DNA of 64,000 nt from Octopus bimaculoides (GCF_001194135.2 NC_068991.1:72613673-72677672), one strand, 5' to 3'. Numbered from the stretch's first letter, positions 42,306 through 56,431 are shown. The notes: generated by a model from the sequence alone, not told the origin. Numbers and translations: made by a program.

Positions 42306-43075
42306 NNNNNNNNNNNNNNNNNNNNNNNNNNNNNNNNNNNNNNNNNNNNNNNNNNNNNNNNNNNNNNNNNNNNNNNNNNNNNNNNNNNNNNNNNNNNNNN
42401 NNNNNNNNNNNNNNNNNNNNNNNNNNNNNNNNNNNNNNNNNNNNNNNNNNNNNNNNNNNNNNNNNNNNNNNNNNNNNNNNNNNNNNNNNNNNNNNNNNNN
42501 NNNNNNNNNNNNNNNNNNNNNNNNNNNNNNNNNNNNNNNNNNNNNNNNNNNNNNNNNNNNNNNNNNNNNNNNNNNNNNNNNNNNNNNNNNNNNNNNNNNN
42601 NNNNNNNNNNNNNNNNNNNNNNNNNNNNNNNNNNNNNNNNNNNNNNNNNNNNNNNNNNNNNNNNNNNNNNNNNNNNNNNNNNNNNNNNNNNNNNNNNNNN
42701 NNNNNNNNNNNNNNNNNNNNNNNNNNNNNNNNNNNNNNNNNNNNNNNNNNNNNNNNNNNNNNNNNNNNNNNNNNNNNNNNNNNNNNNNNNNNNNNNNNNN
42801 NNNNNNNNNNNNNNNNNNNNNNNNNNNNNNNNNNNNNNNNNNNNNNNNNNNNNNNNNNNNNNNNNNNNNNNNNNNNNNNNNNNNNNNNNNNNNNNNNNNN
42901 NNNNNNNNNNNNNNNNNNNNNNNNNNNNNNNNNNNNNNNNNNNNNNNNNGGTAGGATGTATAGGGATGGTGGTGTTAGAATGTGTAGGGATGGGGTAACG
43001 AGGGAGAGGGGTGACGATGAAAAGAGAGGGTGGAAGGGAGAAGGTGGATAGGAGTGAAGAGAGGAAGTAGGTGCT

Positions 43076-43128
<53 letters not shown>

Positions 43129-45319
43129 CAGAGAAAGAGAGAATGGGGTGAGAGAGAAACTGAAAATCGCTGTTAGTTGACAATTAATAGAAAACCAAAG
43201 AGAAAGGAAGAAAATTGTTTTATTTAGGAAATTTTGACATCATAGATATTTTGAAAGATAATAATTCATCTCATCCAGGGTCCTCCATTATATTCTCAAT
43301 GTTTCCCAATATTTCATTGAATAAGTAGAAGCTCCAATGTAAATGCTGTTGTTAATGTCTTTAACAATTGATGGAGAACGAAAGAAGACGCTGGAAAATG
43401 ACAGTTTCATTCACGGAATGATGACGTTATGGATATTCTGAAAATATTTCATTCAAATTCCTCCACCATCTACTATAATATTACTTGCCAATATTTCATT
43501 GAATAAATAGAAGCACCGATATATTAGCGTTATGAACAATATGGCTCCAGCAAAAAATACCTCACGGCACCATTTTATACACACAGTAACATCACTTTAT
43601 ATAATTTGAGTATGAAGTTCAACTTTGAATGATCTTCCAACGCTTCAGTTTCTCCCATATTTCATGGACACCATTTAAATTGCTGTTGTTGTTTATCACC
43701 AAGCCAATTTTGATCAAAGAAATGCATGAGAAAAGGCAATCTTTTATTTGTGCAATGTGTAGGTGGAAGACTACATTTTCTCAGGTTTCTTTCTGTGTAA
43801 AGGAAATTTGGGTGTGATATGACGGCGATTTAACTTCCTCGTCGGCTCCAATATGGAGTCGATGATGGATATTTATTTTTTTACGAATTGCAGATGAATT
43901 TTTATGGATTTATACATGGTTGCAGTATCACGTTTTCGAACATGATAACACCGATATTCTGGAATGTTCTAGCAACTAGCGGGCGTAATATATCTATGTT
44001 CAGTATATCTGCCGTGTTTTGTAGGTTTAGGTAAATTGCACAGAGAGCCCGAGAGAAGGAGAGCGAGATGGAGATAAATAGATAGATAGATGGAGAGAGA
44101 GAAACAGAGAGAAAGAGAGAAAGAGAGAAAGAGAGAGAATGAGCGCGAGGAAGAAAAATTGAAGGGAATAGGAAGTAGAGACAGGAGAAAGAGAATAGCA
44201 GAAAATAGACTCTGAAACGCCATTTTGGTATTATCAATAGAGAAGATACAGGTATTTTTTCATTTGACTTATTATGACGTCATATACAATATATTTTAAA
44301 CAATTAATCGAAATTCTCGAAGCATATCGTCAATATTTTCTAAGGTGAAATAAATGAGTGAAATAATCATCAGAGATGCTTTGGATACAGGCAGAAACTG
44401 CAGAAGCTACGAAGAGGTTTTGCAAACTCTTCTAAATTCATTGCAATGTTGGAAATTCTTCCGTATCGTCAGCAGGTATCTAAGGGTCACAAACGTTTCG
44501 CCCTATTTAGCTTGTACACTTCCCATCAATTATGAAAAACTGCAATTGCTTCAGAAGAAGTTGGTTGTAAGATTATAATATCAGAAGACCTCCGGCCGTG
44601 ACAGTCCAAACTTTTACCGGGTCTGCAAGAGTACATTATCTGTTGCGCCATTTCCATATGGGACAATCATCTGTGTAATTTTTTTAATGTAACACAGCAG
44701 GAGTTATACAATGTGTGTATTTAATTGGGTTGTTTGTGAGATCCTTTTGGTAAATTAACTTTGACTGGCAAATGTCCTTACGTCCGTTGGATCCTAAATT
44801 TTACTGAGAGCAACATACAATTGAACACATGTGAACACGTGGTTGAGTCAGAGATCAAGCTAAAAGCAGCGATAGACAGACAGACACATGGGTAGAGAAA
44901 TAGACAGACAGACAGATAGATAGATAGAAAAACAGACAGACAGAGAGAAACACAAATAGACTGAAAGATAGATAGATAGATAGAAAGACTGATAGATGGA
45001 AAAACAGATTAATAACATCTCTTATTGTAAAGAGAGTAACTTATTAAAATTTTACTGACTAAAATTAATATTTATTCGTAAGTTGTGTTTTGTTAAATTA
45101 AAAGAGTGAAAATTCGTTTTTTTGTGAACTAAACTTTATTTAAAAGAATTAGCAACTTAATGTCTTTATTAGAAATCGCTTTGAGAAATATATTAGCAGG
45201 CGTATGTAAATGCATACATACGCATACACACACATATATACACTCGCACAAATACATACACACTTACACACACACATACAAAATACATACATATATGCAT
45301 ACATAAATGCATACAAATA

Positions 45320-45367
<48 letters not shown>

Positions 45368-45865
45368 GAGGAAGAAGTGCATTGCGTCACTGTCTTGACT
45401 TTGTGAAATTGCACGGTTTTTATTCATGAAAAACTGTTCAATAATGAAATTATGAAATGATTAAAAAAAAAAAGATGATTACTCAACAATTTTCTGAAAT
45501 GATTGAACAGAAGAAACTGAAGTGGACGATGACTGTGAGTCGTCTAGATTACTTGCGTATTTATTGGATGACATATCGAGTGAAAAATAGTGATAGATGG
45601 ATAGACAGATAAATAGATGTAGAGATAGATACATGGCGTTCCTTATTGGGAAAAAAAGCAAGTTATTAAAATCTATCAGAGAAAAACGAATGTTTTTAAG
45701 AAAGATTTAAACGAAGATACATAACTTTCTTTCCATTTTGTTATAAATTTCGTTTAAAAGAAGTTGGAGCTTAATGTCTTTAAAGATTGTGTTGAGAAAT
45801 ATATATACATGCGTGGATGTGTACACGCATGCATACATACATACATACATACATACATACATACA

Positions 45866-46480
45866 TGGTAACCTAGAATACATGCTCGAAGAAGTCACAC
45901 GACTCCACCGCAACGTATCATCAGATGAAAGAATGAGACTATATGAGCAGAAGACTATGCATAGATATGTTAGTAGAAAGCTCCGTGATGATAGTAACAT
46001 CGATCATCAAAGCAGTTTATCATGGACCAATAGCCGGATTACTACCTCCCACTTTGAAGGGCATGCATTTGCAATCCAGGAACAGGAAATATCAACCAAG
46101 TACTTGATGCGCAAAAGGGATAGAGATGCAGGGAAAGCCGTAAAATGTGACAACTGATGCAGACTTTGGGGAGTTAACACCGAAGATATCACCCACGTCA
46201 TAAGCAGTTGTTCGAAAATGTAATCACGATGTTATCTACTGATGAGACATGATGTTGTAGCTAGGACATTCTATAATGAAATCCGTCGGAAAGATAATCC
46301 CGAGGACAAAGAAATAAGAACCCACAATATGGTAGAAACCATAGCCACTCATAATAAAAAAGGAGTATTGGTGGAATATACCTGTGAAGACCTCAATAAA
46401 ATGTAAGCATATAAACACGACAGACTTGATATAATGATTTGGGATAAAGAAGAGAAACTGTGCATAATTGTGGAACTTAG
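45866..46480 (+). mobile_element. Degraded R4/Dong-type (RLE-encoding) non-LTR retrotransposon fragment
   Basis: Translation gives AIQEQEISTKYLM, zinc-knuckle-like CRLWG..EDITHVISSC, RHD, and RLDIMIWDKEEKLCIIVEL (PD-(D/E)xK-type endonuclease). Contains stops and frameshifts. Confidence 0.8.
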
Positions 46481-46889
46481 TTGAAGGAACCTTAGATCTA
46501 AGTTAGAAACCGGTTCTTTCTCTATTGGCAAGAAATCTTGAAATAAACTGAATAATGACGTACACATATACATACATGACATGACCAAATAGACTCCGAA
46601 GAGGTTGGCATTGGTCTGTGTCGGCAAGACATACTATATAATGAATTTGCTACCGGGAGTGGAAAATTCAATATTTCGACTAGAATCTTTTTTCAGGGTA
46701 AGGTTGGTAGGATAGAAATTAAAAAGAGACATATTTTTGGGCTTCATGTATGAGTTTAAATTCTGCCAAAAGCGATTTTCCTTTTCATCCTTTTGAGGTC
46801 AATAAAATGAATACCAGTTGAGTACCGGGATCGATGTAATCGACTCACCCCTCCTCCCAAATTTCAGGCATTGTGTCTATAGTAGAAGT

Positions 46890-47495
46890 GATGCATACAT
46901 ACATTGTTTTATGTACCCAGGCCTATTCCCCATTTCTTTTAGGAGTGGGTAGCCACAACAAGACACACATCTGGCATTCCATTCATTTCCCAGCCCCAAG
47001 AGGCGAGCCACGTTCCATGCTTGGGTCGAGGCATAGAATGCAACCCCCAATATCAGCAGCGGGGCCCGACAGCATATGCTGGTTTACCCCCGCTGCATGA
47101 TGCTGGTTCCGTACCCCTTTGAGCAACATCAAATTCACTCATCTGTCCACAAACATTTTCCAAGCTTTCCTATCATTTATAAACTCTCTTGCCTTTCTCA
47201 CTCCAAGACCTCTAACTACCAAAGCTTTCCTCACTCCATCCATCCACACAAACCGAGGTCTGCCTCTGGTTCTGCTGACTATTACTTCAGCCTTCATCAC
47301 CCTCCTTACCATCCGTTCCTCATCTATCCTTTCCATGTGGCCAAACCACCTCAACATTCGTCTATCTATTTTAAGAGTTGCAAGAGTTAATTTTTCTCTC
47401 GTTCCTGCTCGCCTTCGCACTTCCTCATTCCTCATCCTCTCCATCCGTGTCACACCAACCATAGCCCTCAAACAACTCATCTCAAACACATCCCA
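46890..47495 (-). mobile_element. 5'-truncated RTE-clade LINE (ORF C-terminus and 3' UTR)
   Basis: FEMSCLRAMVGVTRMERMRNEEVRRR..LRWFGHMERIDEERMVRRV..RGRPRFVWMDGV..DRKAWK is the typical RTE-type RT C-terminal region. Confidence 0.85.
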
Positions 47496-48556
47496 TACAT
47501 ATTGGACAAATTTTATAACGGATTTGGCTGCTACCAACGAAGAAGTTAGTCAATGGTAATTATGGTTTTGCTAGACATAGCAGCTGCTAAAAAAGACTGA
47601 AGTCATCGCTGTATGTGTGCAAAAAGGAAGGACAAAATAGATTATGTAGTCTCCGATAAACAATGCCTAAAAACGATGAACTGGCTCGTGCACCGTCAGT
47701 AATACCGTGTTTAGTAAATGTAACATATTCAGTATGTGTGTGTGTGTGTGGATATGTGTATGCATATTAAGTGTGCTTGTGAGTGAGTGTGCATGAGTGA
47801 AAGGGAGAGAGAGAGAGAGAAAAAGAGAAGGAGAGAAAGAGGGAGAGAGATATGATAGGATGTTAGAAAAATTGTGAACATCGTTATTAATGCCTTTACA
47901 CTTAATGGAGAACTAAAGGAAACGCTGGAAAATTTGTTTCATTCTCGGAATGATGACGTTATAGACATTTTGAAAATATTTCATCCAAATTCTCCCACTA
48001 TATTCTTAATATTATTCTCCAATATTTCATTGAATAAATAGAAGCTGCAAGGTATTAATGTTATGAACAATATGGCTGCAGTTAAATACCCCAGGGAAAC
48101 ATTCTATATACACGGTAACATCATGATTTTCACCTGCATTTTCCTCCATTTAATTACACATTGAATATTGTTGTTCATCACGAGGTTAGTTTTGGTCAAA
48201 CAAATATATGGCAATCCAGTCATGACTATTCTGTCTTTCACGCAATATGTAGATGGTGGACAGAATGTCCTCGTGTGTCATTTCGTGTGTAGGAAAGTTG
48301 TGTGTGATATAGTGACTATTTGGCCACCTCGTCGGCACACTGATGGTTATGAGATGTAGACCCACTGATTGTTATACTTCCTTACGAAGTGTAGATGAGC
48401 AGATATGGATTGTACATGGCTGCGGTGTCACTTTTTCGTACATAATAACAATTAGATTCTGGAATAGACTGGAATAGACTGATATCTTTCTATATGTTAA
48501 ATATATCTGCTGTCGTCTGTCGAGTTATACAACTTGCAGAAATATTTATAGAAAGG

Positions 48557-48639
<83 letters not shown>

Positions 48640-49094
48640 TAGGTAGGAGAGAAACCGAGGAAGATAAAGAGAAATAAGAAAAACCGTTGTGGTATCTTAC
48701 TGAGAGAGAAGTAAAGAAGACGCAGGAAAGTATTTTATTCCGTTAAAGTATTATGACATCAGAAACGATATATCTTTAATAATCCATCCAAATTTCTGAA
48801 CTATATTCTCAATATTTTCCAATATTTCCATGGATTAATGAAAACCACAATTCCTTCAGAATTTTTCGATTGTAGTATAGTAAAATGGAAAAACTCCTAG
48901 TCGTAACAATCCAACTTTTTACCGAGCTTGCAAGACTACGTTATTTGCTGTATTTTGTTAAGATTATTTCTAAATATAGTCTATGGAAATTATTGCCAGC
49001 ACTGACTTTTGCTACAACGTTTCGTATACGAGACGCCAGATGTAAACAAACAAACAATGAGATCGAATGCGTTTAATATATAAATTGGTAAATA

Positions 49095-49330
49095 GGTCGG
49101 CGAGCTGGCAGAATCGTTAGCACGCCGGGCGAAATGCTTAGCGGTATTTCGTCTGCCGTTACGTTCTGAGTTCAAATTCCGCCGAGGTCGACTTTGCTTT
49201 TCATCCTCTCGGGATCGATTAAATAAGTACCAGTTACGCACTGGGGTCAATGTAATCGACTTAATCCCTTTGTCTGTCTTTGTTTGTCCCCTCTACGTTT
49301 AGCCCCCCCCCGTGTGCAATAAAGAAATAA
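49095..49330 (+). mobile_element. tRNA-derived SINE family B
   Basis: GGCGAGCTGGCAGAATCG..GAGTTCAAATTCC (B-box-like), then GTCGACTTTGC.TTTCATCC..GTCGAT..AAGTACCAG. Many degraded copies near 1000, 2530, 3590, 3830, 4150, 4600, 17130, 23830, 32360, 46740 and 51972. Confidence 0.9.
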
Positions 49331-49410
49331 ATATGTAAATTGGTATATCCAATAACTTTACACTACTATGTGTGGTGGTTATTTAATAAATGTGTTCGAG
49401 GATGAATAAT

Positions 49411-49473
49411 GGGTTAGATGGGTGCTGATGAAGGGGCAAAACCCCTCGAAATATGGCATATATGCTCATTACC
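49411..49473 (+). ncRNA. Type I hammerhead ribozyme motif (Penelope-type minimal HHR)
   Basis: CTGATGA at 49425-49431, then A-GGGG-caaaacc-CCTC as stem II, GAAA at 49448-49451, near-palindromic stem III ATATG-G-CATAT, AUA cleavage triplet at 49460-49462. Stem I pairs gatgggtg with tgctcatt. Confidence 0.65.
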
Positions 49474-50457
49474 TATGTTTCATCTTCGAGCTCATTGTTT
49501 GTTGGTTTACATCTGACGTCTCGTATACAAAATGAATGAATGAATGATTCAACAGGATCCAATGAGTTGAGGGACTGTGTTCTTCTCCAGTACCTGCTTT
49601 GGCATGCTTCTAAAGCCGAATGACCTTCCTAATAAACTACTTTACAGGGTGAACTGTGCGTATTTTTCAAAGTATCAGTACTTGTACCAAAAATCGGTGT
49701 GGGCTATAATTTCTATAGATTATCTATAGAAATATTCTTAACAAAATAATATAAAACGCACTGCTAACACAGTAGAACGAGGTACTGACTTATAAAAGCA
49801 TTTGATATACTTTATAGTATTTTCTGTTTGCATAACGAAATACAACGTACCTCCATATGATTATTATTTGCTGTGTCATTTCCTTTTGAGATTATCATCT
49901 GTGTCACTATTTTTTATGTAACATAGCAGGATTCGATGTAGAGGAAATTTGGCTGCTACTTCTTGCAAATCTAGCGACCATGTAGAGTTTTCCTCCTTGG
50001 CTGTCATAGTAGCTGTCGACATCGTATTCTTTTATTCTTGTACATGTTTCAGTCATTTGACTGCAGCCATGCTGGAGCACAAAAAAAAAACTAAGCTAAA
50101 TGAGCATCGCTAAATGAACAACATATCTTGATTTTGGAATAGTCAAGAATTAATTATCTTTATTATCAAAGCTGCAATGATAATAATAATGATAAATTAA
50201 TGCAATGAAAGTAATAAAAATAATAAAAAATTATACAAAAAGTAAAACAAATTAATAAAAAATCCATTCGGGTATTCGATATCTTTAAAACTCATTTAGG
50301 GCGATTGTAGATGCACTTTTATAGATGTGCATTAAAAAAATCAACGTTGAGAGGTATTTTATGGGTTAAATTGCAATGTAAAAAACAATCATGTGGTTTG
50401 AAAACGTGCATTTAAAAGTAATAGTTACAATAAAATAATGAAAATAAAAATAATAAA

Positions 50458-50820
50458 AACAAGAGCACTCAGAGAGCGCAAACCTCTACCAAAGCAACGC
50501 CAACGATTAGCCAGAGATGATTTTTAAAATGATAATATCTGAAATAAACTCGACTGCTCTCACAAATGAGAATACTAAAAATGAACCCGACCGCTCTCAA
50601 AAATTAAGTAAAACAACAGCAAAAATAATCCAGAATCCTTGTCCGGTACTGGATCAATCCCAAAATCTATTCGGTTCGTACCAGTCATGAGGCCAAACAT
50701 CCCTGAAAGTTTCATCCGAATTCATCCAGCGGTTCTTGAGATATCTTGTCCATGGACAAACAAATAAACAAACAAACACGGCTGAAAACAATATTTCTGC
50801 CTTCGCTAAGGCGGACGTAA
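50458..50820 (+). mobile_element. Non-autonomous DINE-1/HINE-like (Helentron-associated) element
   Basis: Starts AACAAGAGC, has an internal (CAAA)n tract and a 3' stem-loop GCCTT-cgct-AAGGC. This architecture matches molluscan DINE-like elements. Confidence 0.55.
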
Positions 50821-50829
50821 TAATAATAA

Positions 50830-51270
50830 AAATAGTTTGTATCCAGTCGAAGGTTTTCATGGAAGGCGAAAATGTAAAATGAATGTTATAATGGTGCCCG
50901 TTTTTAGGTGAAAAAGTCAAGTTCAAATGCGAAAGTCAATGTTACCCGTACGGTATTTTTCCGCTTCACATTTTATACTTCGTGGTATGTCTGCAGGAAT
51001 TTAAAGGCTGCCGTCTTTGGTTCAGTGCGTATTTATCCTGCAACAGGACGAAAAACTTTTCAGTCAGGCACAAATTGTGCCTCATTGGGCCTCTATATGC
51101 TCCATGTTTATATGGTGCTGCTTTCTCCAAGATTGTCCAGCTGATTTTGAAAGGACGAGTATCACTTTCTTTTAACTGCCAGACATATTTAGCGAGACTC
51201 GTTGCTGTCCTATTTTCAGAGTATCGAAATGAATTTCGATGAGAATATAATGTAGTCTTGAAGGAATTTT
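50830..51270 (-). mobile_element. Penelope-like element, C-terminal GIY-YIG endonuclease fragment
   Basis: [51 protein letters not shown] resembles the C-terminal half of Penelope/Neptune endonucleases. Confidence 0.8.
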
Positions 51271-51328
51271 CCATCCATCCATCCATCCATCCATCCATCC
51301 ATCCATCCATCCATCCATCCATCCATCC

Positions 51329-51390
<62 letters not shown>

Positions 51391-53003
51391 TTGTCTGTCT
51401 GTCTGTCTGTCTGTCTGTTAAATATATGCCATCTTTCATTGATATATATATATACATTACGCACATAGGAAGTGTAAACGAAAGAAAGAGAAAGAGAGAG
51501 AGCGAGCGTGAGAGAAGGAAGGTTGGAGTGAGGAAGATAAAAAGATAATGAAATACCATAAAGAAGACATGAATTCTTTTTTCAGTAAAAGAGTTATGAC
51601 GTCACAGACAATTTATTTTAAATATTTCAATCAAATTACCGAAATGTATTCTAAACTTTGTTGTGTCTAGGGAGAGTCATTAAACAGTAAGTCATTTGTT
51701 TTGGTTTTACTTGTCAAAGCTCTTTCGTTGTTACTTGCAACCTTTTCCATGACTTTTTTTTTACCAAAATAAACAGACAATCGATTAATTAGTTGCTGGC
51801 TAATAATAAAGTAGTGAAATTGAATCAGTGCGTGTGTTAGTAGTAGTGACACAATGACTTCCCTAGACACAACAAAATTTGTTTTAACACACGAGTTCAC
51901 ATAAAGAATCTTGCAAACCAAATACAAAAGCAATGTATTCTAGATATTTTCCAATATTTCCATGGATTAAGGTGGCGAGCTGGCAGAATCGTTAGCACGC
52001 CGGGAAAATTATTTAGCAGCATTTCGTCTGTATTTACGTCCTGAGTTCAAACTCCGCGGAGGACGACTTTGCCTTTCATCCTTTCGATGTAGCAAAAATC
52101 TTGACGTTTGGTGGATCCTCAGTTGTACTGATACTAACATGGAAACTATATGTGGACGCTATAAGTTGTACTGTACGGAAAGTATCTCATTAAAATTTAA
52201 CAATGGTAAATGAATATTTATTTGTAAGTTTTGTTGAGAGAAAGATTCATAATTTTCTTTCCTGTTTTTGTTATAAATTTCTTTTAAAAGTAGTGGTGGC
52301 TTAATTTCTTTAAAGGTCGTGCTGAGATGTATGTGTGCGTCTGTGTAGACACATAACCACATATACACATTCCCACTCGTGTACATACACCCGCATTCAT
52401 ACAAACACATACATACATACATACATATATACATCAGGTAAGAGTGAGAGATTGCAGAAAGAAACAGTGATACAATGCTGTGAAATTGTACGTTCTTTTT
52501 TTCACGACAAACTGTTCAATAATAAATTGAATCGTAAAATGACTGGGAAAAAAATAATCATTCAAGTGTTTTTCGAAATGATTGAATGGAAGAAACTGAG
52601 GTGAACTGTGCTCATGAGTCGTCTAGGTTACTTGCGATATATAGCTAGATAGATAGATAGATAGAATAGCTAGATAGACAGACAGATAGAAAGACAGACC
52701 AACATACAGGCGGACTGACAGATCAATAGATAGATGGGATTTCCCATTGTGATGAAAGTAACTTATTAAAATACAAGAGAGGAAAATGATTGGTTGCTGT
52801 TGTTGCCGTTTTTGTTTATTTCCAGGTTAGTTTTGGCCAATCTAATGCACGATGAGAGGCAATCCAGCCATGTCTCGCCTGCTTATTTTATTCACGCAAT
52901 GTGTCGGGGTAAGGACTACATGCTCCATTCTGCGTTTTCGTGTTAAAATGTTGGATATGATATGATGACGATTTAGTTGCCACAGAGATGGCTACGAAAT
53001 ATT

Positions 53004-53178
53004 CTTTTCTACTCTAGGCACAAGGCCCGAAAGTTTTGGGGAAGGGGTCAGTTGATTAGATCGACCCTAGTATGCAACTGATACTTAATTTATCGACCCC
53101 GAAAGGATGAAAGGCAAAATCGACCTCGGCGGAATTTGAACTCAGAACGTGCTAACGTTTCTGCCAGCTCACCGCCTT
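53004..53178 (-). mobile_element. SINE family B with 17-bp target-site duplication
   Basis: gatggctacgaaatatt occurs at 52987-53003 and 53179-53195. Confidence 0.9.
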
Positions 53179-54059
53179 GATGGCTACGAAATATTGGCCA
53201 ATTCATGAGTATCAATTGCTATAAAGTGAAGATGAATTGTTTTGGGCTATACATTGCTGTTCGTACAAAACAGCTATACTCTGGAATCGCCTAGAAACTA
53301 GGCAAAATAATACATCTGTCCATTTATGTTAAAATATCTCTCGTCACCTATAGATTTATGTATATTGCAGAGAGAGAGAGGGAGGGAAGAAGGGAGATAG
53401 ATAGATAGATAGAGAGAGAAAGAGAGGGAGAGAGAAAGTGTGAGAGAAAACGGAGAAGGACTGAGTAGAAGAGAGAACGGAGAGAGACAAAGCGTGAGAA
53501 AACGAATAGTTGCAGACGAGAAAGAGACGATAAAACACCTTCCCGTGCCTTGCTAGAGAAGTAGAGAAATTCCGTTTGGTGTCACAGTTTTAAAACGTCA
53601 TAGACGGTATATTTCAAAGCGGTTTAAAAGTATGAAAATTAAAATATTCAGGGGCGGTAACTCGAAAGGAAATGTTACATTGTCTCTCTCTTTGAGAAAC
53701 CCTGTCTTCTGGGACAAAATTTGGAACGAATTTCATTATGAGGTTGGCTGGTGTCAACGTGGAAGCTTCTTTGTTGTCTTTATGAATTCATCAAAATTCC
53801 GGAACTACATTCTGAACAGCTTCCAATATTTACATGATTAGCTAAAAGCTGTAATTTCTTCGAAATGAGTTTGCTGAACATTGTAAAAACAGGAAACCTC
53901 CTGCCGTATCAATCCATTCTTTTAGTGGTGATGCAAAACTACATTATCAACAATATCATTTCCTTATGTAACACAGTATGAAATGATACAAGAGATATTT
54001 GACTGCTACTTCTAACAGATCGCGTGACCACGTGGTATTTTCTTCATTGCTTCACAATG

Positions 54060-54520
54060 GTCACTATGGGTAAATAATAACCTTAGCATATCCCAATCAC
54101 AGTAAAATGAACAAAAGCAGTATTATAAAAAAACTGAAGCAACTCAAAGATCCATCCCAAGAAAAATATTCGATATCACTAGTTTTGATTAATGGGATCT
54201 TCTCGAGAATCTCAACCTTTATTCCCTCCAACGCCGCAGCATCAAATGATGTTGGCATCAACTTTCAAATTCATCTACGGCTTGGTCCCCGTACCATCCG
54301 TCCTCTATAAAAATCATACTCGCATCACATCACAACACTACGACCGAGCAATTTCACCTCAACTGGCCCTGCTCTCTTTAACATCATGCCAAGACATAAG
54401 AGGAGAAAAAGATTTTATAACATTCAAACAGTTCCTGGATGAATGTCTCCAACAAATTCAAGAGAAACCACCTACACGCGGGCAATAACTCTTTACTACA
54501 ATGAGTTATGGAGCCCAAAG
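54060..54520 (+). mobile_element. Degraded CR1/L2-like LINE 3' end
   Basis: TFKFIYGLVP...FKQFLDECLQQIQEKPPTRG followed by NSL-like sequence. Interrupts the module array. Confidence 0.55.
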
Positions 54521-54702
54521 AATGACTGTAATATGAAACTTTATTAGTTTTCTCGTCAGCATTTTGAAGGTTAAGAAAAATAGACTCATTGACGGATATC
54601 TATTTTTACGAAGTTTAGATGAACATATACTTAGCTGCACTGTTACTTTTCTCGTACATACCAGTTATATTTTGGGATAATTTACAAACTAAAGAACATT
54701 AG

Positions 54703-54756
<54 letters not shown>

Positions 54757-54781
54757 GTCTGTCTTTCTGTCTGTTTTTCTG

Positions 54782-54844
<63 letters not shown>

Positions 54845-55065
54845 CTTCTCACGGACGTGCTGTCACATCGGCTGCGAAGGTAAACGTTTATTTGACCTTT
54901 TACTGTCCACATTTTGTTGGAATTTTTTAATAATTTTGTTGCGAAGCACCTAGGCTTCATTTGTGTGTATTTTCAAGGGCAGGAATTGACNNNNNNNNNN
55001 NNNNNNNNNNNNNNNNNNNNNNNNNNNNNNNNNNNNNNNNNNNNNNNNNNNNNNNNNNNNNNNNT

Positions 55066-55115
55066 AGAGAGAGAAAGAGAACGTGTGTGTGTGCGTGTAT
55101 GTGTGAATGTGTGTG

Positions 55116-55146
<31 letters not shown>

Positions 55147-55229
55147 AAGAGAACGTGTGTGTGTGTGCGTGTATGTGTGAATGTGTTTGTGTGTGCGTGC
55201 GTGTGTGAGAGAGAAAGAACGTGTGTGTA

Positions 55230-55262
<33 letters not shown>

Positions 55263-55278
55263 AAGAACGTGTGTGTGT

Positions 55279-55315
<37 letters not shown>

Positions 55316-55325
55316 GAGAGAGAGA
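55066..55325. repeat. Compound minisatellite of (GA)n-aagaac-(GT)n units
   Basis: gaaaga(ga)acgtgtg recurs 4 times at ~60 bp spacing. Confidence 0.8.
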
Positions 55326-56022
55326 GTGTGTAATAGTGGGAGATAAAATGATTATGAAATAGCGTTTTGGTATCTGCCATTGAAAGCGACTAAAGAAGAC
55401 GCAGGAACATATTTTATTCCGTTTAAACTATTCTAACGCCATAAACGATGTATTTGAAATATTCCATCCGAAATTTCCCAACTACATTCTCAATATAATA
55501 TTTTCCAATATTTCCCTGGATAAATGAAAACCGCAGTTTCTTCATCATCGTATGAATGCAATATTGTAAAATTAGAAGACTTCCAGCTGTAAGAACCCCA
55601 CCTTTTAAGGAGCCGACAAGACTACATTATCAGCTGTGTCATTTCCTAACATAATGCAGCATGATGTGATGTAGTGAAGATTTAACTGTTAATTTAGTAG
55701 ATTTAGCATCACTTAGTTTTCCTCATGGGGTGTCATAGTCACAGTAGAACCTGTAAGCAATAAAACTAAACTTCAATCGTCGCTAAATGAACAAATAAAA
55801 TACCATTGCTCTGTAGAAATGTACAGCGGTCAAAGCGGTTTGGAAATATGGAAGTCGTGAAAGATTCAGGGAAGATAACTCCGGATGAAACGTCTGAATT
55901 GCCATTTCTTCTTGGACGGAGTGTGGGACGAATTTTATAGGGGAACTGGCAGCGGTAGCATCGATAAGAACTGCATCAATGATAATGGCAACAATAACAA
56001 CAGCAACATCAACAATAACATA

Positions 56023-56431
56023 GGCGCAGGAGTGGATGTGTGGTAAGTAGCTTGCTTACCAACCACATGGTTCCGGGTTCAGTCCCTTTGCGTGGCACCT
56101 TGGGCAAGTCTCTTCTTCTATAGCCTCGGGCCGACCAAAGCCTTGTGAGTGGATTTGGTAGACGGAAACTGAAAGAAGCGCGTCGTATATATGTATATGT
56201 ACATGTGTATATATATGTTTGTATGTCTATGTTTATTCCCCCAACATCGCTTGACAACCGATGCTGGTGTGTTTAGGTCCCTGTAACATAGCGGTTCGGC
56301 AAAAGAGACCGATAGAATAAGTACTAAGTTTACAAAAGAATAAGTCCTGGGGTCGATTTGCTCGACTATAAAGGCGGTGCTCCAGCATGGCCGCAGTCAA
56401 ATGACTGAAACAAGTAAAAGAGTAAAAGAGT
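56023..56431 (+). mobile_element. tRNA-derived SINE family A (CORE-like segment), near full length
   Basis: tRNA-like head GGCGCAGGAGTGG..GGTTCAGTCCC, CACCTTGGGCAAGT core, internal (TA/TG)n, (GTAAAAGA)n tail. More degraded copies near 3270, 7285, 15440, 20690, 34240 and 40715. Confidence 0.9.

Larger units (their letters stand above)
49018..49535. mobile_element. Penelope-like terminal repeat with inverted ends, interrupted by a SINE
   Basis: About 45-50 bp inverted repeats at ~49018-49067 and ~49484-49535 (gtatacgagacg.cagatgtaaac.aacaaacaatgag) enclose the HHR motif. Confidence 0.5.

Noticed and set aside
56023-56095. tRNA gene
   Set aside because: The tRNA-like heads run into SINE bodies and do not form a full cloverleaf; no bona fide tRNA or rRNA was seen.
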